A stretch of 64,000 nucleotides of DNA from Macrostomum lignano (taxonomy: Eukaryota). The position numbers and the translations under genes were made by a program. This document shows, in pieces, positions 54,276 through 64,000 of the stretch. The notes below the pieces were generated by a model, which saw nothing but the letters and a program-made list of their open reading frames with translations, was not told the origin of the DNA and searched no databases. The stretch is taken from the NCBI GenBank assembly GCA_002269645.1, contig NIVC01000340.1:1-64000 (forward strand). Reading direction: 5' to 3'. Numbering within the stretch: the first letter of the stretch is position 1; each line of letters starts with the position of its first letter.

Positions 54276-57200
54276 ACTGATCAGAAGGCAGAATCGCAGC
54301 AGCAGCAACCAATGAGAGCGCAGCTGCGAGCAACTTTAGTCACTGTCCGCATGGAGCAGCAGAGAGCTGGCAAGAACGATTGCTTGAGCGACTCAAACGA
54401 CCCATTCTCAGTTAAGGATTCTGCATCAAGCAAGCTTCATCCTCATCGGCTTCTATTACTAAACGACTACGGATCTCAGCAGGTAGCTGCATCGAGTATG
54501 GCAACAAATCGAACAAGACCTCGCTTGCTGCCGCCGCCTGTGCCAGATAGAAGTGAGTTAACAATATGCAGTTTGATTTTCTTGGCCAATAAACAGCAAA
54601 GTAGTTGATACGCTTTTATTATCAGCGATTGAGAAGTTTATACACAATAATAATTTGCAGCGAAAATCTACAGTTCTATATGTACTTTCAATCTGACCAG
54701 ATAACTAATGGTACATGTAAGTATGCTGGTCGGAAACTACGCTTTCTGCTTCCTAGAAAAAATTAAACGCACGAAGTCTTAAATAGCGCATTGCTACTTA
54801 AAAATGAGACTTCATTTTTGTATGTATTGCAAGCACATCTTTTTATTTTTATTTTACTTTGCTCCAGAAAAATCACTCCTTTAAAAAATTAATGGAGATT
54901 GGGAATGGTCGTTAAAATTGGTTAAAAGCAAGGAGGGGTAGCTTTCTAAAATAAATGGCAGTGGAGGTTTGCCTGTATAAAATTATTGGGTAGGAGGGGC
55001 GGCTGTCTAAAATAACTGGGGTTGAGGGGCGGCTGTCAAAAATAACTGGGGTGGGGGGCGGCTGTCAAAAATAACTGGGGTGGGGGGGGCGGCTGTCAAA
55101 AATAACTGGGGTGGGGGGCGGCTGTCAAAAACAACTGGGGTTGAGGGGCGGCTGTCTAAAATAACTGGGGTTGAGGGGCGACTGTCTAAAATAACTGTGG
55201 TGGAGGGGCTGCTGTCTAAAATAACTGGGGAGGAGGGGCGGCTGTCTAAAATAACTGGGGAGGAGGGGCGGCTGTCTAAAATAACTGGGGTGGGGGGCGG
55301 CTGTCAAAAATAACTGGGGTGGGGGGCGGCTGTCAAAAATAACTGGGGTGGAGGGGTGGCTGCCTATAATAACTGGGGAGGAGGGGTGACAGTCTAAAAT
55401 AACTGGGGAGGAGGGGTGGCTGTCTATAATAACTGGGGTGGGGGGCGGCTGTCAAAAATAACTGGGGTGGGGGGCGGCTGTCAAAAATAACTGGGGTGGA
55501 GGGGTGGCTGCCTATAATAACTGGGGAGGAGGGGTGACAGTCTAAAATAACTGGGGAGGAGGGGTGGCTGTCTATAATAACTGGGGTGGGGGGCGGCTGT
55601 CTAAAATAACTGGGGAGGAGGGGTGGCTGTCTATAATAACTGGCGAGGAGGGGCGGCTGTCTAAAATAACTGGGGAGGAGGGGTGGCTGTCTATAATAAC
55701 TGGGGAGGAGGGGCGGCTGTCTATAATAACTGGGGAGGAGGGGTGGCTGCCTATAATAACTGGGGAGGAGGGGTGGCTGTCAAAAATAATTGGGGAGGAG
55801 GGGCAGCTGTCTAAAATAAGTAGGAGAGGGTGGTCCTCAAGGCATCAAAGAATAATGGGAGGAAGCGATTTATAATGAAGAAAGTGTATTTTTAATGCTT
55901 TTATTATCTATACCTGCATGCATGTCACGGTGTAAATGTTTACAGCTAAAGCACATTTTTTATCATTATTTATCTTCCAAAAGCACAAATTCATTTGATC
56001 ACCAATCAGCACTGCTATACTGACTAAATGTTAATTTAAAAGCTGCACGCAAGACGATTTCATTCAGATGCAATTTAAAGTATCTAAGCAAAGTTATTTA
56101 ATTTTTGTACAGATTTCAGATCGCTTCTCACAACTGATGGAAGCGATTCTCTATTGGAAACAGAAATTGAAGAGCTTAAAAAGCGTTGCGATTCGTTGTT
56201 ACTGTCCAGGTAAAATAAATTGACAGTATTAACAGGTTGAGATGAAATAACTAATTAATAACTTTTACTACACAATTTATTTAAGAATACTAATAACTAT
56301 ATTAACTAACCGTCATCTGAAGTTTTGTATCTTATAATAAGTGTCTAAAAATCATAGCTACTAACCAAATTTTCTGAAGTTTCTACCTCACGTAATAAAG
56401 CTACATAAAAATGCATTGGCAAGATGTAGAAGTTTTCATCCGATTTGTTTTACCGGATTACCTAATCGAGAAGAATAATTGGAAAAGTATCAAAAGTTGC
56501 GTTTTCTAAGCGGGTTTTGCGAAAATTAGCTTTCTGTCTTAACGATGAATGGGGTTTTGCCATAGACGAATTCGCCCAAGAAAAATCTGCGACCGCGACT
56601 CTATACAATTATTCATTTCTTAGTTCATCTGCACTTGTCTCTGTTTACTCTGATTTCTGTCCCGCTCTGTCTAGCTCAGTCTTGTTATTTTCTCTCTCTC
56701 CCTCGCTGCCTTCTGATTGGCTCTTCGATCTCGCCTCTTTTTTCGTCGCCCACTCCACCCCTCTTTGTCTTATCTACACTGAACCCCCCTCTAATTAAAT
56801 CTCAATATGCCTTATAAATATTACTCATTTTGGGCCCTTGCCCAAACAAACTCTAATTAATTAGTCTTTTTTTTACTACTTTAGATTAGGAACAGCTAGC
56901 TGAGAAAAAAGCTTCGTGTCTCGCTTAATGTGTTTTACAGTCCTGCTCTTGCAGTTGTCCATATTTGTACTTTCAATTGCGTAACAGTACACATTTTGGA
57001 CGGACAGAAAAATCAGCAATAGGCTCAATGGAGAGAAGTCCTATAATTACTATGTGAATACAGTGTTCTTTTTAAGCTCCCATAGAAATTGTTTCAAACG
57101 GCATGACGATTTTAGGATGGAGCAAAACACTGCATGAAGGAAACCATTAACCAATCTAAGCGCGTACTTACCTAAGCAGCCCATTGTAGTCGGAAGGCCG

Positions 57201-60200
57201 CATAGGCAATTAAAAGCTCTTTACGTGTAGCAGCCAAAGAGACTGGGAACCAGGATCTGGAGTTTACCGTCAGCAGATGGACGAGATTCTGCTGTGTTCT
57301 TCTGCAGGGCTGTCTCGTGAGCCACCCCCCCCCCCAAGTTATCATATTTTAGCGCAAATTTAGCGTCAGAAATTTGGCGCCACAGTTGAGACTTTAGCGC
57401 CGGAAAATGGTGATTTAAAAATAGAAATGCAACTCCCAATTCTGGTCTACGATTTCCTTGGATACAATTCTGTATTATTCTACACCCCTTCTCGCATGCA
57501 TTTTGCTGCTCCAATGAGGGCAGGCTGCAAAAACAAAAGAAAAGAGGGGGGGTTGAGAGAGAGGAACAGATGGAAATAAAAGCAATGGGAAAAGGTTGGA
57601 GAGAAGCACCGGAGGCAGAAAAGGCAGTTCCGCTGTTCCGACTTGGGAATTGGAAAAACAGCCATATATTGAGCCATCCCGGAGGTGCTAATTAATGTCT
57701 ACGGGAAGCAGTCAGACCACTTGCACGAGTCGAACCTGCGACCGCAATTCGGCATTAATTATCCAGTCGGTGCAGTTGCGCAGATCCCGGAGACTTCATT
57801 TCGATCCTTCTCCAACAGTCGAAGAAGACGAGGCCGACCATCAAGCGGATGATGGAGAGTCGCGCGAATATCGAAGGCTGCTGGCTGACTTTCGTAGACG
57901 GTTGGCCACTCTGGCTGCGGCGGCTGCGACAGCTGAGGTCGGCGAAGATGTCGCATCCCACAGACAGCCGGACGAAGATGACGCTAACCTCTCGGAGATG
58001 ATTGATCTAGATGAAGGCAGCAGTGTGGCCTCTTTGAGCCTTGCTAACAAAGGAAAATTATGGTGAGGGAAATCTGTAAAAGGCATAACCTGCCTTTTTT
58101 TCTGCAACAGCCTGCAATCTGGGTCAATCAATCTTTCAATATATTAATATCAATCAATTAATCAAATAATCTCTGTATAAATCTATCAATTCGTCAATCT
58201 CTATCAAACTCTTGATCTCTTTATCAATCTATCAATGTCTGTATGAGTCAATGACAATCTATATATTATTTCATTATTTTTACTACTAAACCATTAATCT
58301 CCATCAATAAATCAATCTCTCATCTATCAATCAATCAATCAATCTATCCATGCTATCAGTCAATGAAATGATCTATCAATCTACATTAATTTATCAATCT
58401 TTCCATTAATCAGTCAATCAATCAATCAATCAATATATCTATCAATCTACCAATCTATCAATGAATCCACCAATCCATTAGTCTCACAATCAATCTGTCG
58501 ATCTCTCTATCAACCAATCAAGTCTCTCCCTCCCCTAATTCAAATTTTCAATCTGCAATTAACCCACATTAGCTTTACAAATCGCTATGACCAGCTGGAT
58601 ATGCATGCTAGACTTGTAGAGAGCTCAAAGAGGTTGCAGTCCCTACTGACACAATATGCTTGTTCCTCCGTCCTTCATCAATCACTGTCAACCGTGCTTT
58701 GACTTCACGCAATATCGCATACAACCGGTGCACTCAAGAATCTTGGCTCTCAATATTTATGTATGCAAACTTTCTTTTGCATGAAACGTCATTTCATTTT
58801 ACCTGACGGCACATTGTAGCAAAAGCGTAAAAATTTGATGGCTTTTCAGAGGAAGCAGTGTCGTAGCTCCGTAGCTTTTTTTCCTCAGTACACCTGGCTG
58901 TATTGTTTGGGAGAGCGTAGCATTGATAACTAAGCTAACCAATAGACGGAATGGCGCCCCTTGGAATGAAATGGCGCCCCCTCAAAAATGGTGCTCCCTC
59001 ATATTAAAAATGGCGCCCATTAAAATGAAATGGCGCCCCTCTCAAAAGAAATGGCGCCCTCTCAAATGAAATGGCGCCCGTCTCAAATGAAATGGCGCTC
59101 CCTCAAAAGAAATGGCGCCTCTCTCAAATGAAATGGCGCTCCCTCAAAAGAAATGGCGCCCCTCTCAAAAGAAATGGCGCCCCTCTCAAAATAAATAGCG
59201 CTACCTCAAAAGAATTGGCGCTTCCTAAGAAATGGCGCCCCTCTCAAAAGAAATGGTGCCATTATCAAATGAAATGGCGCCCCTCTCAAAAGAAATGGCG
59301 CTCCCTCAAAAGAAATGGCGCTCCCACAAAAGAAATGGCGCCCTCTAAAGTGAAATGGCGCCCGTCTCAAATGAAATGGCGCTCCCTCAAAAGAAATGGC
59401 GCCCCTCTCAAATGAAATGGCGCTCCCTCAAAAGAAATGGCGCCCCTCTCAAAAGAAATGGCGCCCCTCTCAAAATAAATCGCGCTACCTCAAAAGAATT
59501 GGCGCTTCCTAAGAAATGGCGCCCCTCTCAAAAGAAATGGTGCCATTATCAAATGAAATGGCGCCCCTCTCAAAAGAAATGGCGCTCCCTCAAAAGAAAT
59601 GGCGCTCCCACAAAAGAAATGGCGCCCTCTAAAGTGAAATGGCGCCCGTCTCAAATGAAATGGCGCTCCCTCAAAAGAAATGGCGCCCCTCTCAAATGAT
59701 CGAAATGGCACCCCCCTCGAAAGAAATGGCGCCCCCCTCGAATGTAATGGCGCTCCTCAAACGAAAGATCGTATCTACCACCCCTGGATCAAACGGGAGT
59801 TTTACCACAGACTTAATCTCGTGTCCCGAAGCCGCCGTTATCACTGTTGCTAGTGGCTACCTAAAAGTGCAAGCTATATTGTCAGTTATTCTTACCAGAA
59901 ACTTTAAGCTCCTAACTGCCGTATGCAAGTCCTGAGCAATCCGTATATGTACAGTATGAATAGTTCATGAGATGTGACTCTTTGGTTAATATTAATGCGG
60001 AATATTGTCTCTGATAGATGTGGAATATATAAGAAATGTGCCAATCCCATACTTAACGGACTCAGCACAAGCAAAAGAATGGCTTCGTCAAAAGGTCGAC
60101 GATTTCAGCTAATTGGCTATCAGCATCATCTGGAGATGATGATGAGCTCGACAAGTGCAATTGAGCAGAAGCAGTTATCAGCTGCTAGTGGCTGGTTGCC

Positions 60201-63200
60201 TGAAATTCGAGAGAAGAACCACAGACTGTGCTGCCAGTCTGAGTTGACAGTGCAGGAGGCTACAATCGAGTGCAAGTGCCGGCTGCTGGTGGGCAGCTTG
60301 CTGGTGACTCGACTGTTTGGCCAGAAAGTTGCCACCGCTGCTGGTGAACCAGCTGATGCAGACAGTTTAACGGCGCTGTGAGCACGGACCCCCCCTGCAA
60401 AGCATCCATTTTTTGTGGCGTCATGTAGCGATCCCATTTTTGGAGCTATAGTTTCCATGTTGGCGCCCCCAGTCCCATTTTAGCACCATAGATCCCATTT
60501 TTTTGGCGCCACCGATCTCAGTTTGGCGCCATAGATCCCATTTAAGCGCCACTATCCCATTTTGGCGCAGGATCTCATTCTGGCGTCATAGATCCCATTT
60601 TGGCGCCATAGATCCCATTTTGGCGCCATAGATCCCATTTTGGCGCCATAGTTCCCATTTTGGCGCCATAGATCCCATTTTGGCACCATAGATCCCATTT
60701 TGGCGCCATTGATCCCATTTTATCGCCACCAATCCCATTTTGCCGCCACCGATCGCATTATTGCCATCTAATTCAACAAACAATTCCTGTTACTATAACT
60801 ATATAATAATAGATCAAGTTATTGTTATCGCCAATTACATGTAGTTTGGGATAAGTACGATAAATAAAAAACCAGTAACTTCAGAAATCAAGAAGCCATT
60901 AAAAGTACACGCTTATATCAACTAAGCTACCACTAACCCAAAGTTTCTATAATCAAGTAGATTTTCGATGGAAACACAAATTTCGCAATCCAACTATAAT
61001 CTATTCAAATCCTAATTATTTTTCAAGCTCGGGAGCACTGATCAAAGGCGATGGCGCAAAATCGTCTCACAGGATGGCCAACGCGCCGCAACAGCAGGCG
61101 ACTCTTCAGCGCCCTCCGCCGCCGCCCACTCACTCCCGAGTGCTGCTCAGGGGCAGCAATCGAACCCTGGACCTCGCTGGAATCGGCTTCGGACTGGCAA
61201 ATGGATCCGCGATGGCGGCTAGCGGCACCCCCGAGCAGTGGAGGCTGTGGAATAAGGGGAAAAATCCAAAGCAGTCGAGCTCGCAACGAGCAATGGGGCT
61301 TCGAGACTCCAGCGTGTTTAGTGAGTTGTAAAGCATTTCCTCATCACGGGTGTTGTTCCATTGACAGGTGTGATTCTGTCAGCTAGTTCTGTCTGACAGG
61401 TGTGATTCTGTCAGCTGGTTCTGTCTGACAGGTGTGATGCTGTCAGCTGGTTCTGTCTGACAGGTGTGATTCTGTCAGCTGTTTCTGTCTGACAGGTGTG
61501 ATTCTGTCAGCTGGTTCTGTCTGACAGGTGTGATTCTGTCAGCTGGTTCTGTCTGACAGGTGAGATTCTGTCAGCTGGTTCTGTCTGACAGGTGAGATTC
61601 TGTCAGCTGGTTCTGTCTGACAGGTGTGATTCTGTCAGCTGGTTCTGTCTGACAGGTGTGATTCTGTCAGCTGGTTCTGTCTGACAGGTGAGATTCTGTC
61701 AGCTGGTTCTGTCTGACAGGTGTGATTCTGTCAGCTGGTTTTGTCTGACAAGTGAGATTGCACGCAAAAGCAACACAGGCTGATAATAAAAACCACAAAT
61801 TCCAATCAGGCGACGCAGCAGTTACAGGCGCAACAGGGGACAGTTCAACTGCAGAAGAGACCGCCAGCTATCCGCCAATTAGCGACTCTCAGATGATGGG
61901 CGCTCCGACCAGCCAGCAACAGCAGCAGCAGCAACAACAACAGCACAAACAGGCGTTAAGCAACAACAGAAGAGCTCTGCAGCGGCCAAGCTACGCCAGG
62001 CTACAGCAGACTGGCGGCGGGCAAAACTCGAGACTGAATCAGCAGGCCAACTCAGATGGTGAGAATTTGTGGCACCCTGCGTGAACAGACAGCAGGGCGA
62101 AGCCACACTTATGAGCCTGACGATTAGAAAGTCAAGTGTACACTCGCAGGCACTCAATTTAGCGCAGCAGGCACTCAATTTAGCGCTGCAGGCACTCAAT
62201 TTAGCGCTGCAGGCACTCAATTTGGCGCTGCAGGCACTCAATTTGGCGCCGCAGGCACTCAATTTAGCGCAGCAGGCACTCAATTTGGCGCCGCAGGCAC
62301 TCAATTTAGCGCAGCAGGCACTCAATTTAGCGCCGCAGGCACTCAATTTAGCGCCGCAGGCACTCAATTTGGCGCCACAGGCACACTCAATTTGGCACCG
62401 CAGGCACACTCAATTTAGCGCCGCAGGCACACTCAATTTAGCGCCACAGGCACACTCAATTTGGCGCCGCAGGCACACTCAATTTAGCGCCACAGGCACA
62501 CTCAATTTAGCGCCGCAGGCACTCAATTTAGCGCCACAGGCACTCAATTTGGCGCCACAGGCACACTCAATTTAGCGCCACAGGCACACTCAATTTAGCG
62601 CCGCAGGCACTTAATTTAGCGCCACAGGCACTCGATTTGGCGCCACAGGCACACTCAATTTGGCGCCGCAGGCACACTCAATTTAGCGCCACAGGCACAC
62701 TCAATTTGGCGCCGCAGGCACTCAATTTGGCGCCACAGGCACACTCAATTTGGCGCCGCAGGCACACTCAATTTAGCGCCACAGGCACACTCAATTTGGC
62801 GCCGCAGGCACACTCAATTTAGCGCCACAGGCACTCAATTTGGCGCCACAGGCACACTCAATTTAGCGCCACAGGCACACTCAATTTAGCGCCGCAGGCA
62901 CTCAATTTAGCGCCACAGGCACTCAATTTGGCGCCACAGGCACACTCAATTTGGCGCCGCAGGCACACTCAATTTAGCGCCACAGGCACACTCAATTTGG
63001 CGCCGCAGGCACACTCAATTTAGCGCCGCAGGCACACTCAATTTAGCGCCGCAGGCATACTCAATTTAGCGCCGCAGGCATACTCAATTTAGCGCCGCAG
63101 GCACTCATTTTGGTGCCCTGAAGCAAAATGATCGATTTCCATAAAAAGTCACAAGGTGTGGTGGGGAAAGGACAAAGCATTGGCATGTCCTCCCCGGTGA

Positions 63201-63720
63201 CGACGCCCCTGGAGGTGCTCAAACTGCTGTCAGTTCAACAGTCCAACACGTATATGTATTACTGTATTAATGTGCATGCATTTGTGGGCACCCTGGCGTA
63301 ACGGCTTAGGCGAAATCCATCTCGAAACCTGAACACCTACAAGCGCGCCAATACTGTACGCAGGCACGCAATAATACACACGCTCACACAGGGTGTACCG
63401 CGGTCCCCCGACTTTCTACTGGTCAAGCGTGTACACTTAGAGGTTGGCCCTTATAGGTGTGAATCGCACAAAAACCCTGTGATATCTAGGAAATCTTGAC
63501 CCTTATAGGTGTGAATCGCACAAAAAACCCTGTGATATCTAGGAAATCTTGAGCCTAAACACTGGTCTCTATCACTGCAGAGGAGAGGTACCGATTCGCC
63601 GAGGCGGCCATCGGAGGCCCGGCATCGTTCGTACAGCGATTAGTGGAGATGTCGGCTTTAGAAGCCGAGACAATTCGACATGAACGGACGAAAGCGTCGA
63701 GAAGAAAGGCGAAAAATTGA
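54276..63720 (+). CDS. Uncharacterised 7-exon gene, about 591 aa; exons 54276-54552, 56113-56209, 57712-58062, 60066-60377, 61028-61320, 61753-62058, 63581-63720; start unresolved
   Basis: Six GT-AG junctions give one continuous frame (1776 nt) ending RLVEMSALEAETIRHER..stop. Low-complexity, coiled-coil and poly-Q content. Some acceptors are weak. Confidence 0.55.
54990..55820. repeat. 30-bp G-rich intronic minisatellite
   Basis: GGGGCGGCTGTCTAAAATAACTGGGGAGGA units. Confidence 0.93.
58140..58530. repeat. Degenerate (TCAA/CTAT)n microsatellite
   Basis: Runs of ATCAATCAATC interspersed with ATCTATC. Confidence 0.8.
58945..59760. repeat. 20-21-bp minisatellite with 284-bp higher-order period
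   Basis: AAATGGCGCCCCTCTCAAAAG units; near-identical blocks start at 59071, 59355 and 59639. Confidence 0.93.
60430..60770. repeat. 20-bp minisatellite
   Basis: CCCATTTTGGCGCCATAGAT units. Confidence 0.9.
61362..61750. repeat. 32-bp intronic minisatellite containing CTGACAG|GT
   Basis: GACAGGTGTGATTCTGTCAGCTGGTTCTGTCT, about 12 copies. Confidence 0.95.
62146..63211. mobile_element. Second, left-truncated copy of the minisatellite-bearing MITE with an expanded 21/23-bp array
   Basis: The right end (GCCCTGAAGCAAAA..GATTTCCATA..GGACAAAGCATTGGCATGTCC..GACGCCCCTG) matches 51765-51876; the array is about three times longer. Confidence 0.85.
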
Positions 63721-64000
63721 CGATTTGAGATGTATGAATGCGATGAGATGATGCAGCTAGACGGCTTGTTACTTCCAGGATGTATATAGCGCTATATTTT
63801 CTTCAAGTTAAATATTGCCTTTTCAATTAAAAAATCGATGACAGATTTTGCATCTTGCCAAACTTTTTTTCTTCATTCACTCATTAAAACAAACCTGTGC
63901 CCTCATGACTATATAATTAACTATATTAACTAGTAAAATGCATAGAATACTCGTAGCATGACTAACAAATATATACACAGTTACATGCGCGTGAACTACA

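Overview
Eukaryotic genomic DNA with GT-AG introns, no bacterial signatures and introns filled with minisatellites. My best guess for the host is a free-living flatworm such as Macrostomum; this is unverified. Layout from left to right: (1) 1-10850 is the right part of a Maverick/Polinton (adintovirus-like) element with all genes on +: a divergent TBP-like gene, a disrupted zinc-finger/pPolB-N-terminal-like ORF, dUTPase, parvovirus-type PLA2, packaging ATPase, penton, pX-like and other core proteins, chromodomain integrase, major capsid and adenain protease, ending in ...ACTACT. (2) Repeats, a tRNA-derived SINE and an intronless CAP59-like glycosyltransferase. (3) 16852-25189 is a full-length but decayed Ty3/Gypsy element. 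Its env-position region reconstructs into a J-domain + SIM/NLS + catalytically degenerate TatD protein. (4) A minus-strand trio TBCB > TTC27 > RPS17 has operon-like spacing. (5) Two plus-strand spliced genes follow: a PLAT-domain protein and an unidentified 7-exon gene, with minisatellite-bearing MITEs in their introns. The two strongest leads are the Gypsy-borne J-domain/pseudo-TatD cargo and the Maverick-borne TBP-like factor. All homology calls are by-eye motif comparisons against remembered family consensus sequences; no database search was run.
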